Of a stretch of DNA of 64,000 bases, positions 26,584 to 39,959 are shown piece after piece; within the stretch, counting starts at the first letter, position 1, and each line of letters begins with the position of its first letter. This DNA is from Vicugna vicugna (taxonomy: Eukaryota), in contig MU058584.1 in assembly GCA_013265495.1 (NCBI GenBank), positions 3,974,508 to 4,038,507 of the forward strand, in the 5' to 3' direction. The notes below the pieces were generated by a model that did no database searches, was not told the origin of the DNA, and saw only the letters and a list, made by a program, of their open reading frames with translations. The position numbers were made by a program, and so were the translations under genes.

Positions 26584-26695
26584 GGGAGAGGGTATAGCTC
26601 AGTGGTAGTGTGCATGCTTAACATGCACGAGATCCTGGGTCCAATCCCAGTACCTCCATTAAAAAACAATAAAAATAAGAAAAAATTTAAAAAAT
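26584..26695 (+). mobile_element. tRNA-Ala-derived SINE (camelid Vic-1-like)
   Basis: GGGAGAGGGTATAGCTCAGTGGTAG...GGGTCCAATCCCAGTACCTCC with A/B boxes and an A-rich tail. Confidence 0.85.
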
Positions 26696-27062
26696 AATGA
26701 ATAGTTAGGTTTGCTGCTCTGTGTCTGAAGATTTAGTGGTTGTGATTGGTAATGGGCTGTGAATGGCAGTGGATTGAGTCTTACGTGCAAGGACTCCCTT
26801 CTCCTTGAGTAATCAGAAACAGACACTTCTGATTTTCTTTCCGTGCTTGGCATGTGTAGGAAAGACAGACATGATGAACCACTGTTAATCTCTGCGTATG
26901 TTTTACACAGTGAGATACTAGCCAACAGACTTAACTCAGGAGGCCAGTTGAGTTCTCCTTTACATTTCATTTTGCCACCATACCTCACTTCCAAGGGGGT
27001 CAGATAAAACGATGCATTTTTTATTTCATATTTGGGCCTCTTTAAAGTTTCACACTGTAAAC

Positions 27063-27243
27063 CAGTAGTTCTCAAGTTTTAGGGGGCATCAGAATCTTCT
27101 GGAGGGTTTGTGAAAACAGAGTGCTGGGCCTCCCAGCCCCCATAATTTTTGGTTCAGTAGGTCTGGGATGGGGACTGAGAATTTACATTTCTCATAATTT
27201 CCTTGATGCTAGTGATCTAGGTACTGCCCTTTGAGAATCACTG
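27063..27243. mobile_element. MER5A (hAT-Charlie)
   Basis: TIRs cagtagttctcaa / ttgagaatcactg. 8-bp TSD CTGTAAAC / CTGTAAAA. Confidence 0.88.
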
Positions 27244-28750
27244 CTGTAAAAACATTTACTTTTAATAAAACCAAGGAAGAGTGATATTGAATTTATTTAA
27301 GGAAAAGATACACAGTATTCACTACTATTTAGGTTAGTTTATATTGTTTCCCTCTGGATGTTGGTTATTACATTAAGTGACCTACAGGGAATGGTCTCAT
27401 AAAATATATTTCTTTAGTAAAAGAATGGTTGCCATTTGGTAATTGGCATCTTGTAACTTTTCACAGACACATTAATTGCTGCTGCTAAGCTGAAAGCCAC
27501 TTTTGGACTAGAAGAAAATACTTTGCATTATTTTGCTTGATATTTCAAGCAAAGATGGGATTTTGGGGGTGGGGATGTATTTGTTCTTTACTAAGATACC
27601 ATAATTGTTATTTCACTCAATGAGTATTGAAACTTTTTAAGCCAGTCTGAGGCCAGTACACAACCTCTTTGCCATTGCCAGCTGTGCATGTTTCTATGGA
27701 AACTCAGTAGGGACTAGCAGGATTACTTTTGTAAGGACCACACCTGGCTTATTTGCATCCAATTTAACTTGGGGGAATTTCAGAAGAATAAGAGGTCTGT
27801 AGATGTGCCTGTGGACAGCCAGAAAGAGCTTGTCAGTTTGTAACCATCACATTGGCCTAAAGGAGGAAGGGTGGGTGGATTTTCCTTATTCATTAGAGTT
27901 CCTGCTCTGGTGGATGTTGGTGGTTGTGCTATGGGTTGTATTTGTTTTGTGTATTTATTTGTTGATATGTTTCTGTTTTATTTTGCCTTTTGTTTTAGAT
28001 ATATCTTTTTACAATTTAACAATTAAAAATTCTCTTAAAGATCAGACATAGAGATGAGACTTTTTTTAAGAGAGAAAGAATTCAGTTTCTTTTCAGTTGT
28101 ATAATGTAATAAAATGTCTTAGTAAATGTTTTACCACTTCTGGAGGATTGTGGCAGAATTTTAATGTTGATCTCCGTTATCAAGTATTATGAACTACTAT
28201 GATCCCCTTCTTTCACAAAAATAACTCCTTTTTAAGAAGACAGTTTGAACTATTTATGAACTATTTATGCATGTTTGCACCATTGAACATAATTAAACCC
28301 TTGGTTCAGAGTTTCATAAAGTAGTAAGGAACATCACTGTACAGAAAAAAAAGTTGTGTAGGCTAGTTACATGAGCACTGAGTACATTTATATAAAACTT
28401 AGATGATTTTCATTAATGTTATACTACTTGATCAAAATTATATTAATTTATACCAGGTGTACTGATTAGTTGTACTAATTCAAACAAAGCTGTATAGTAC
28501 AGGTAGGTGGCAAGTAAGAGTCAGTGCATGTACCAACTCCTCTTCATCAATGCGTTTGTGCTGCTTGAATCTACCATTCAGTTCCGAGGTCTCATGGCAA
28601 AGAGTGAGATAGTCAACCAATGATGGTAAATTTACACAGCTGTGTGTGCTAAGTATTGACTGTTCTCATTTTCTAAAGACAAAATATAATCTTGCATGTC
28701 TTTTTAGAATACAGTGATAGCAGTCTGTATCAGTTTGTGTCTGTCATCTC

Positions 28751-28768
28751 TGTGTGTGTGTGTGTGTA
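28751..28768. repeat. (TG)n microsatellite
   Basis: tgtgtgtgtgtgtgtgta. Confidence 0.85.
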
Positions 28769-29185
28769 TGTGGACATACACATATATATGGCCAAGTGGA
28801 GTAGATACTTGTAAATTTGGAGGGAGGTTGGATTTGGAGGTCTTAAATTTTTAAGATTAGTGAAACATACTCTTCAAAGAAAATCTTAAGTAGGCTGTTT
28901 TATCTAGCTTCAGGAATGAACACCACCTTTTAATACTCGTTCCAAGAACTTTCTGATTTACCTCCATGTTCCTGAAGTAAGAGCAGGTGCAGCATCCCTA
29001 TTTTGTAGATGAGGAAGTAGGTACAAGGGAGGTGCCTGCCTCTAATCACTTTATGTTTAGGCAGCTAAGCTTGCCTTGGTGGGTAGTCCAGTGTTCCCCA
29101 CTGTTTGTAATTGTTCCCCCTTAAAGTGTTAGGTTATTTTATACAGCTTACTCAGTCTTGCCTTTTTCTCTTTTTGTATTCATAG

Positions 29186-29286
29186 ACTGGAAAAGTAAGA
29201 AGAGCTTTCCTGCATTTTTAATTACCAAACTACTCTCAGTTTTCAATGAATCAATTCAAAGAAAGAATGCAGTCTTTCTATACCTG
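29186..29286 (+). other. POU2F1: POU2F1 101-nt alternative cassette exon between the ubiquitous first exon and exon 2 (frame-shifting / 5'UTR exon)
   Basis: Strong acceptor cctttttctctttttgtattcatag|ACTGG and donor CTG|gtaaat. ACTGGAAAAGTAAGAAGAGCTTTCC...CTTTCTATACCTG resembles an insert recalled from Oct-1 cDNA variants. Confidence 0.8.
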
Positions 29287-31689
29287 GTAAATATTTTCCG
29301 CTAATGAAAGCTGTTAATTTAGTGGCCTCTGATAAATCCAGGTGTTCTGATGATTGCCTTTAATTTTGTGGAATGACTATAAAAGTGACTTATCAAATAT
29401 ATATATATATTTCATTTTTAACTCTGAAATTTGTTTGATATTTATTGATATGATGGAGTTATGCTTAGAATGCCTGTGCCCTAGCTAGCAATGAAAAATA
29501 GTTTAGGATTGACCCTAGTACTTAGGCTCTGGTTTCTTTTGAAAGAGTTATGAAATTACTGCAAATAGGGTACATGTTAAGTATCATCTTTATTTTGATG
29601 ATATAACATTAGCTGTAATCCCTATGTGATAGTTTAATAGAAGTACTTTGTAAATAATAGTTTTATAAAATTAATCTAGTAATCGAAATATTATAAGCTA
29701 CATTTTACCATTTTACAAATGACCTAAGTAAGTATTAGCTCAAGCAACTTCAGCTAGCCAATGTAGAGCTGAGATCAGAATCTACATATTTTGATTCCTA
29801 GTCTAGTGCCTTTAAAAAATTCTTATTTTTTAAGTACCTTAAATATACATTAGCATGGCTAAGGATATAAACCATAGTGACATTTCATATGGGGATCTGT
29901 CTTCCTTTTGTATAACTGAAAACGTTAATGTGGCATAGGAGAAGATGAGATGGTTTTATTTATTCTACATAAAATGCTTTACCTATTAACAACAATATTA
30001 ACAACCATTAATTAACTACTAGGTGCCATTGAAGCTTTGGATACCTTTTATTTAAACCTGAGGAGAACCCTTGGGAGTGTTATTGTACCTGTCTTACAAA
30101 TGAGGAAACTGAGGCTTAGTTTAGGATTTTAGAACTGGAGTTTAAACACAGTTTTCTCTCATTTCAAAGGCATTACTAAACCATGAAGCATGTTTTTTTT
30201 TGGAATTAAAATTTAATTTTAAATCCAGCTTATCCCTTGTTGACTGATACTGGTTGTGGAATAATTTCCTGTCTTAATTCACCCAACAAAAAATCTGAGC
30301 ATTTTAGAGACATACTGAGGAAGTATAGAGAAAGCATATCTTCCTCTGTAATGATTTTAACTACTGAAATCATATTAGCTATTTTATAATGTAATTTAAA
30401 GGTGTCGGTCTTATACTCCCTCAAAAAAAAGGTATTTATAAAATATTTGTATGTTATTAACATGTTTAAACTAAAGCGAACTTGACCAAATCCAAAGGTA
30501 TATTTACTGTGACTGAATATTTGTCTCCATGTTTTTACTTATTATAGTTGATCATCAGTGATTAGTTTCCTAAAATATTTTTAAAACAGACCTCTCAAAA
30601 TTAGTTACAAGACCTTTAATGAAAAAAAATTGTTGTTATGGCAAAGAATATTTTCCAGAAATTAATACATTTCAAGTATCTGACTGGCTTGGGATAAATA
30701 AAAGCTTATTATCTTAAATGAAACTGTAATGATAAAAGTATTTTTTAAAAATCCTCTTCTTTAGTATAATACTCAGAATACTTGAATTTTCCTAAGCCAG
30801 GAGAATCTTTGCCTTAAAGCCTGACTCATCCTCTAAAATTTACCTTTTCTCAGGAATCTTTCATTCAATTACCACCACCACCTGCCTGGCCAAAAGAGAA
30901 TGGGGATGCACAGAATGTAGGCAGTGAGATTATTAAAAATACAAGTAGCTCATGTCACATAACTGTTTTATTCTTGGTAGTATGAGATCTTATAGCAAAG
31001 AATTGTGATTTATGTGCATTTTAATCCATACTATTCAAAATGAGAAACAATGTCAAATTAGATCGCCTGGCTCCTTTCTGTTTTGGATAGTTTTATGTTA
31101 GGACTTTATAAAAGGTGAGATACATTGACAAATTTTATTATTTCTTTTAGTTAAATTCTTTCTAACTAACTGGAGCTTATAAAGGTGGTATGAAATTTGT
31201 TGATACTGTGACATTTTAATGAAATTACAAAATTTCTTAACTACCCTAAATATTACTTGTAGCTACTCATCACCCTCTGTGTAGACAGGAAAGTGAGGTG
31301 AGGCAGAGCTGGGGTAGGAAAGGTAGCTTGAATTTATTGAAATCCTTGAATTTATTGAGTTCCTACTTGGTTGGGCACATGCTAGAGACATCCACATGTA
31401 TGCCTTCATTTTTGATGTATGTAGAAGTATAGAAGTACAAGAAATAGAGCAAAGAGAAGAAAGAATTAGGCACAAATTAATGTCTTGCTTTTTGTTTGGA
31501 TGGTCAACTTGTCAACTTGTTAAACCCTTCATATTCTTTTGTCACCCACTTTTGGCCAACCAAATGCTGTTGATTGTTTCCAGTGCTGAGTCACAACTGC
31601 GTGGGATTGCTGTATAGTGCTTATGTGGCCAGAGGGGCATCTGTGGGGTTTTTTGGTGGGGGTGGAGGTGGCAGGGATTCAGATTTTAA

Positions 31690-31985
31690 GTTCTTAGAAA
31701 ACTGTAGTTAATGGTACTGTATTATATACTTTAAAGTTTGGTAAGCGGGTAGACCTTAGTTAAGTGCTCTTGCCACACACGCAAAAAAATGTTTTTTAAT
31801 CATAAAAGAGGAGTGCAAAAGGAAACCTTTAGTTGCGTTGAATAAGTTTATGGCTTTAATTGTCTCATGGATGTATACTTCGTCTCCAAACTTACCAAGT
31901 TTGTATACATTAAAGTTGTATACATTAAATATGTGCAGCTTTTTGTAAGTTAGTCATAACCTCAGTAAAGTGGTTTTTTAAAAAA
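31690..31985 (+). mobile_element. L1MA/MB-like 3' terminus
   Basis: gtagttaatggtactgtattatatactt...gtagacctta...tctccaaacttaccaagtt.gtatacattaaatatgtgcagc...cctcagtaaagtggtt. Confidence 0.7.
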
Positions 31986-32297
31986 TGTTCAAAACAGAAA
32001 ATTTATACTTCTACGAAAATGTTATTTAAAGATTAAAACATGAGAAAAAATTAGAAAAAGGAAACCAACTTCTGCTTCAGCCACATTCAGCTAGTCCTGA
32101 CATTATTAAGACTCTGCTCTTACCATGTACAATGAAGATAATTTTCTGGCCTATGGATTAAGACTCAGTTAAAGAGCATCACTTAAAATTTTTTATTATA
32201 ACAGGAAAAAATCTTGAGAGTAGTACTTATTAAATATTTGTCAAGAGATTAGAATAATACCATTGTCACTTTTATGATTCCTGATTTTGAGGGGAGG

Positions 32298-32875
32298 TTG
32301 TTTTTTTTTAACTGAAGTATAGTCAGTTACAATGTGTGGATTTCTGATGCACAGCATAATGTCCCAGTTATGCATATATATACACACATACACACATACA
32401 TACACACACATATACATATTCATTTTCATATTCTTTTCCATTAAAGATTATTACAAGATATTGAATATAGTTCCCTGTGCTATACAGAAGAAATTTGTTT
32501 TTGATCTGTTTTTATATATAGTGGTTAACATTTGCAAATCTCAAACTCCCAAATTTATCCTTTCCCACCCCCTTTCCCCTGTAACCATAAGATTGTTTAC
32601 TGTGTCTGCGAGTCTGTTTCTGTTTTGTAGATGAGTTTATTAGTTTCTTTTTCTTTTCTGTTCTTTCCTTTTCTTTTCTTTCCTTTTCTTTTCTTTCTTT
32701 CCTTTTTTAAGATTTCACATACGTGTGATATCATATGGTGTTTTTCTTTCTCTTTCTGGCTTACTCACTTAGAATGACAATCTCCAGGTCCTTCTATGTT
32801 ACTGCAAATGGCATTATTTTATTCTTTTTTATCTCTGAGTAGTACTCTAATATGTAAATATACCACAACTTCTTT
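32298..32875 (-). mobile_element. LINE-1 3' end, same family as 39960-41484
   Basis: T tract followed by ctgaagtatagtcagttacaatg..., collinear with 39960-40440. Contains internal (CA/TA)n and (CTTTT)n expansions. Confidence 0.9.
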
Positions 32876-32981
32876 CCTCATTATTTGCAAAATAACTTAC
32901 ATTCTCATTTTAACTTTAAGAACCACCTTGGGAGACAGCATAATCATTCTCATTTTTCAGATGAGAAAATTAAGATTCAAA

Positions 32982-33362
32982 TGTTTTGGTAAGTTTTCTA
33001 GAGATGTCCTAACAAAGTTACCACAACCTGAGTGGCTTAAATGACAGAAATTTATTGTCTCATAGTCCTGGAGGCTAGAAATTCAAAATTAAGCTGTTGG
33101 CAGGGTTGGTTCCTTCCTGAAGGTTGTGAGGGAGAATCTGTTCTATGCCCCTCTTCTCATCTTCCCTCTGTATGTATCTGTCTTTGTGTCCAATATTCCC
33201 TTATTATAAAGGACAGCAATAGTATTGGAGTGGGGCTCACCCTAATAATATCATCTTAACTTGATCACCCCCAAAGACCCTGTTTCCAAATAAGGTCACA
33301 TTCACAGATCCTGGGTGTTAGGCCTTGAACATCTTTTGGGAGACACAGTTCAACCCATAACA
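32982..33362 (-). mobile_element. MLT1 (A-C type) solo LTR inserted in a MIR
   Basis: taacaaagttaccacaacctgagtggctta...gaaatttattgtctcatagtcctggaggctagaa...ccaaataaggtcacattcaca...cacagttcaacccataaca. Confidence 0.88.
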
Positions 33363-33939
33363 GATGTTAAGTCCTTTGCTCATGGTCTCTTAAGTAGAAA
33401 AGTTAGACTTAACATATTATAGTAACACTAAAAATAGTAATTTTAAAAGAACATGATAATATACCTATAGTACCTCATTTAAGATTCATTTTCTTATTGT
33501 TTCTTATGTCTGGGTAGATTTTATTTAAAATTAACTGAGTTTCTAAAACATATAATAGATTTTTTGTTGTAATGAATTTCAAGCTCTTTTTCTTTCTCTG
33601 GATAATAAATAACTGATATGACACCAACTATGAAAAGTTGTTCAATACTCAATGCTTAAGTCTGAGTTTAAATCCAGACTTCAGTTAGCTCAATGTGGAG
33701 CTCCTCCTCCATGTTTTGAGATGTCCATCAGAAAGCTGTTTAAATTGTTTCCAGTGCACTCTGAAGTTAGATCATCTACACATTTCATAATTCTGTAAGA
33801 ACTGTAGTGTTGCCAGTGTTAATATGTTTCTTGTGATCAGAGATTTCTGAGAAGTGGGGAGGGCAGGAGTCCACTAGGAGTAAAACAGTGTAAGGTAGTT
33901 TGTTGCTGTTTTCTTTTTTTTCCTTGTTTCTTTGCTGTA

Positions 33940-34890
33940 TTTTTCTTTTTCCTTTAAAATGACTTCAGGCGTTTGTAGAAAAGTTGGGAAATAGTACAGA
34001 TAAATTTCTCCTGAACCTTTTGAGAATAATTGGTTGACTTAATGGTCCATCCCTCCCAAATACTTCAGTGTGTAATTCCTGCAAATAAGGACATTCTTCT
34101 ACATGGCTACAATACAAACGTAAAACTCAAAATTCATAGTAATACATTGCTGCCAACTAGTCTGTAGACGCTGTTCAGGTTTTGCTAGCTGTCCCAAAAA
34201 TGACCTCCATAGCAAAATAATTCAATCCAAGGTCATGCATTGTATTTAGTTGTTACATGTCATTAGCATTCTTTAGTCTAGAATAGTTCCCAAGTCTTTC
34301 CTTGATTTTCAACACTGTGACATTTCTGAAGGGTACATTTTGGAATGTGGATTGGGGCTTCTATGATAGTACCTCACGGTTAGATTCAGGTTATGCGTCT
34401 GTGGCAGAAATACCACAGAAGTGATGTTGTGTTCTTATTTTATCTTTTTGGGAAGTGTACGATTTTGATTTGTCCCTAGTCAGTGATACTAACTTTTATC
34501 ACTCGATTAAGGTGATGTTTACCAAGCCTCTTTACTGCGGAGTTATGCTTCTTCCCTTTGTGATTAATACATATTTTGTGGAGGAAACTAAATTTTTGTC
34601 ATCACATTTTCACTTTGTTGTTTCTTGACTGAACTTGTTATTACTATGATGGTCTCCAAATGTTGATTTTCTTGGCATTCTACTGTAGGGAAAAACTTTC
34701 TCTTCTCCCTGTTTGTTTATTTGTATCAGCATGGACTCATGAATTCCTGTGAGTAATGGTTATAATTCATTAATTATTTTTATTTATTTTATCCAAATTG
34801 TCCAAAAGTTAGTCAGTGGGAGATCCTTCAAGCTGTCTTCTGTTTTCTTTTTCACATATTTCCATAATTTTTAAAAGCACTTCCACTAGT
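33940..34890 (-). mobile_element. Old L1 3'UTR (L1MC-like)
   Basis: agaaaagttg..aaatagtacaga, aaatacttcagtgtgta, aaggacattcttctacat, gattcaggttatgcgt...ggcagaaataccacagaagtgatg motifs. Confidence 0.75.
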
Positions 34891-34899
34891 AATTTCTTC

Positions 34900-37385
34900 A
34901 CCAAAATCATAAAAGAAAGGAAATTTTAAAAAATACATAGTCTCAGCAAAGAAACAGAAAGCCTCATTAAAGAAATAGAAAATATAAAGAACTAAATGGA
35001 AGTTTTAGAATTGAAAACTGTAGTCACTGAAATAAAAAACTCTTTGGGTAGGCTCACCTACGTAGCAGAATGGAGGGGACAGAGTGATCTGGCAGATAGA
35101 ACAGTAGAAATTACCCAGTCTGAACAAGAGGGAGAAATAGAATAAATAAATGAACAGAGCCTCAGGTACCTATAGGACTATGACTGGGGAGGGAAAAAAA
35201 AAAAAGACTACAACAAGAAAAGGAGGAGGAAAGGGGAAAGAGGGCAGGGCTGAGAAAAACTTGAAGAAGTGATGGCTGAAAACTTGCCAAACTTGTCAGA
35301 AGACGTAAACCTACAGATTCGAGAAGCTGAGCAAATCCCAAACAAGGTAACTTGAAGAAATCTATAAGGCACATCATAATAAAACTTCTGTAAACTTAAA
35401 GACGAAAGAAAAATCTTGAGGGGGAAGGTAGAGCTCAAGTGGTAGAGCACGTGCTTAGCATGCACAAGGTCCTGGGTTCAGTTCCCCAGTACCTCCTCTA
35501 AAAATAAATAAATAAGCCTAATTACCTCCCCCTGCCAATAAAAAAATAAAAGATATTTTTTAAAAAAGAAAAATCTTGAAAATAGAGAAAGAGAAAATGG
35601 TACCATACCTATGAAGAAAAATAATTCCAGTGGTAGTGGATCTCTCATCAGAAACTATGGAGACCAGGAAGCAGTGGCATAATATTTTTCAAGAATAGAT
35701 AGAGCTCAAAATCCCAAATTCTGTATCCAGGAAAAATATCCTTCAGGAATGAAGGAGAAATCAAGACATTCTGAAGTGGAGGAAAACAAAGAAAATTTGT
35801 TTCCAGCAGCCCTACCCTAAAAGAATGGCTCAAAAAACATGAAATACTTAGTTTTAAATCTAGCAGAACATGTTCAGGACTTGTATGCTGAAAACTACAA
35901 AATACTGATGGGAGAAATCGAGGAAGATACAGGGGAATGGAGAGTTATACAGTGTTCATGGATTAGAAGACTCAACATAGGAAAAGGTGAATTCTTCCCC
36001 AATTGATACATGGATTTAATGCAATTTCTATCAAAATTTCCACAAGGTTTTTAATAGATAAGATTATTCTAAAATTAATATATGAGAATATAAAAGAATT
36101 AGAATAGCTAACAAAATTTTGAAAAAGAAAGAGTGGGAGATTAGACTTATTATATAGCTGCAGGAATCAGTCCTCGAGGTGTTAGTGGGGAGACTGACAC
36201 ATTGATCAATGGAACAGGATAGAAAATCCAGAAATAGATCCAACAAATACAGCCAACAGATTTGTGACTAAGGTACAAAAGCAATTTAGCGAAGGAAGGA
36301 TAGTCTTTTTGACAAATGATTTAAAAAAGGAGAAAAGAACCTTTAACCTAAACCTCACAGTAGAATAAAAACAGAAGAAAATCTTCAGGACAAAGGGCTT
36401 GGTGAACAGTTCTTAATCATGATGCCAAAAGCACAGTCCATAAAGGGAAAAAAAAACTGAGAAACTTTATCAAAATCAGAAAGTTTTGCTGTGTGCAGAA
36501 CTGCGTTAAAAGGTTGAAAAGTCAAGCTCCACAGTAGGAAAAAATATTTGCAAAGCACGTATCTGATAAAGCATATTGCCTACAATGTATAAAGAACTCT
36601 CAAAACTGAACCCTAGGAAAACCAATCCGTTAGAAAATGGAGATTTTGAGATTTTTAGAAAAATCCAAAAGAAGGAAAGAGACATATCATTGATGAGGAT
36701 ATATGAATGGTAACTAAGCATATAAAAAGATGGTCCATAAGCCATTGAGGAAATGCAGATTAAGACCACCATATCACTACATACCTATTAAAACAGCTAA
36801 AATTAAGTTATGACAGTACCACATGCTGGTGTAGTTTTAGAGAAACTGGATTTCTCATAGATTGTGAAAATGTCAAGTGGTACAGCCATTCTGGAAAATA
36901 TTTAGAATTTTCTTTAAAATTAAATATACACTTACCAAACAACCAAGCAGTCTGTCTTCTGTGCATTTATCTCAGGGAAATGAAAATGTATGTCCACAAA
37001 AAAAATGTACATTGATGTGCTTTACATATGTATAGAGGAGAGTCCTTATCAGTTATGTCTTTTGTAAATACTTTCTCCCAGGATGGAGCTTGTGATCCTA
37101 TGTACATCCCATGTATCAATTTTTTAGCGGCTATATTTGTAATAACACCAAACTGGAAACAACCAAAAAGTTCCTTAATATTTTTATTGCAGTGGTGGTT
37201 TCATGAATCTATACATGTGACAGTAAAATAACGTAGACCTGTATATACACCCTATACCAATTTCCTGGATATGATACAGCACTATTAGTTATATAAGATA
37301 CAACCAATGGGGGAAGCTGGGTGAGGGGTACCTCACTACAAATTCCTGTGAATTTCTAATTATTTCAGAATAGAAAGTTAAAACC
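34900..37385 (+). mobile_element. Old, internally deleted LINE-1 (L1M-type; ORF1, ORF2 and 3'UTR remnants)
   Basis: A-rich sense strand with L1 hallmarks: gatggctgaaaacttgccaaa, tgttcatggattagaagactcaacat, gatcaatggaacaggatagaaaatccagaaataga, aactggaaacaacc. Confidence 0.88.
35420..35564 (+). mobile_element. tRNA-Ala-derived SINE (camelid Vic-1-like, longer 3' variant) nested in an old L1
   Basis: tRNA-like head with TTAGCAT loop. 15-bp TSD AAAGAAAAATCTTGA at 35405-35419 and 35565-35579. Confidence 0.9.
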
Positions 37386-39959
37386 GAAAGAGAGAGATTA
37401 TTATTGCTGTAGGATTTCAGAGAAACCAATAGTTACTTGACAACGTGGGGAATGAAGGAAGATCTGAAGGTCGTAACTTTTGAGTCTGCCTTTATAGGAT
37501 AGATAGACATTTCATGAGTTGACATAGGAAGGGAATGGTATTTTAGACAGAAATTTAGAGTTAGTAAATATTTATGGAATGACTGCTACCATATAATTAA
37601 TATTAAGAAATACTGATAACATCCGATTTGTCTGAAGAACATTTTAATTCGTTGAGGAGAGAGATGTGTCTTTAAATTTTGTAGCTCACGTAGAGCTTTG
37701 GAATACTTGTTATCTCTTGTATTTTCACACAAATTTATGAAATCTGGGAGTAAGAGAAATAAAAAGAAAGAAGACACAAATTACCAATATCAGAAAGGAA
37801 GCAGAATAGTTCAAAGGATGGATGGGAATAATCAAAGCAGCATGTGGTTTTAAGTAAAACAAGGACTGTTATTTCGTGGATTTAGGAAATGGAATCAGAG
37901 AAGAGGTCACATTCCAGTTATTAAAGTAGGAGAACTCTAATATTAGCCACGAACGTCAAAGACAAATTATAGGCCTGTGTTAAAGCCATGTTGTCACCTC
38001 TTTTTTTACTCCATGGAATTTTCACACTTCATAATTACATATTTGGATGATTGCTTAGTATTTCTGCTTACTATTGAATTGTAAGCATTCTGTGGCTCAG
38101 CATTGTAGCCCCAGTTTGCATCCTAGTGCCTGGTAGCACTTGGTAAATACTTGTCCAGTGTGTTAATACATGAAATAAATGACTTTGCAGAACTTTCTAA
38201 ATTAGAACAAAGAAAAGACAGTTATAGACAGTTATAGAAGTAAAGAAACAAGATGATAAATAGACTAGACAGATACATTTAATGTAATGGTTAAACTTTA
38301 TTAGACCTATACAAGATTCAGGGTTTTACAGCTAAGCAATTCAGGAATGGATTTTGTAATGATATGTTTACTAAAGGATACCGGAGTGTTACACTGAGCC
38401 GTAGATGGGCTATGTGCATGGCTGTAGGCTGTAAGATAGCTCAGGTTAAGGAAGAGACCAGAGTGTGAGCCACTTAATACTAGCTACTTTCTAGTGTGGT
38501 AGCTTTCTTAACAAACCAGCACTTAAATAACTGATCAGATTAACTGATACCCTGAGAATTCCTACTTGACACATTCTGTCTGATGACGCCCCTACAGCAT
38601 GCGGAATGCTTATTCCTTAGTGTGTCTGTGCACGTCTGCTGCTGTTAGTGGAGTTGTATTGGTATCAAGAGTCATTTACCTGTTTGTGCTCTTAGGCTTT
38701 TTCATGCTGGTTATACTTCTTATTTTAATCACACAATTTAAATAATTGCTGTATAAGTCAAGGAAAAGAACAGGAAAAGGTGTTTCTGTGAAAACTTCAG
38801 TTGAATGCTTTGAAAAGATTTGATAAAGGATAATTACTAAAAAGTACTGCTGAACTAGATATGAATAAGAGAGCTGTAAAATATTAGGGATAAATTCTAA
38901 GGGAAAAAAAAGGAAAGAAAGAAAAAGATTCTGCACTCAGATTGCTTCACACGTCTTTTAAAGCAGTTTTTCAATCCGTGAGTCATAGTAGGCTGAAATC
39001 AATTTTTTTAAAAAGTGTTAGAACATATCAAGAGTATCAAGAGTGCATTAGATCCAGGAAAAAGCATTGTTTCATGAAACTTTTCTTGAGTTTTTAATAT
39101 TTATTTTATACACATGAACAATATGAAATGTGAAAATGAGATAGACTTGAAAAACAAAACTAAAAAAATTAAAATTGGAAATATTAGAGTATTATTAAGG
39201 GTATGGTTTACCACAGAAAGGAGAGGAAACTCAAATTAGTTAATCCAAACTCAAAGCAAAGGCTTTATAGTCCAACATCAAGAGATTGGTGAATAAGTAT
39301 ATAATTTTGTGCTTTGCATTAAAATGAAATGTGTAAGGTATATATACATGGTTTTATGACATTTATTTTAAGTTGACCTTTTTGATTGACCAACCAACTA
39401 CAGATCTCAGTGTTACGGGGTAAGAGTTTCAGCATATTTTATTTTCCTTATTTTCCTCTCATGCCTCCTTATTATATCCTGCCCCTGCCTTTACTCCTGC
39501 TTTCTCTGCCACTTAATAGCTATGTCACCTAAGAATCGTTCTCTAGGCATGGTTTGCTTTTTATGAAATAAGATTATCCTTCAGATCTCTTGTTATTTGG
39601 TGACGCTTAATAGCCAAATTAATAAAGTAAATTCTTTCTTGGTATTTGCCCATCTAAGTTTTTAGTAAATAGTAGATGTTCTTTCTTTCTTTCTTTTTTT
39701 TTTTTTTAAAGCACTGAAATCACTCTATTGCAACCTTAGGGAGCATCCTTTACATGTACAATGGTATACTGTGTATATGAATAGTGGCAATGCTGATAAT
39801 ATCCATCACTTGGTTCTGGGTCTAAGAAATTTTCAAAATCTGGAATGTTCTTTTGTATTTGGCATTGTTTCATAAATTTATATAGTTAATTATTTTAGGC
39901 TCTCTGTGGGTGGTGTGTTTTTGGATGAATTTTCTGTGAAATAGCAATTTACAACTCTT

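Noticed and set aside
35420..35495. tRNA-Ala(AGC)-like sequence (also at 26584 and 62494)
   Set aside because: A-rich tails, TSDs and broken stems show these are SINE copies, not tRNA genes.
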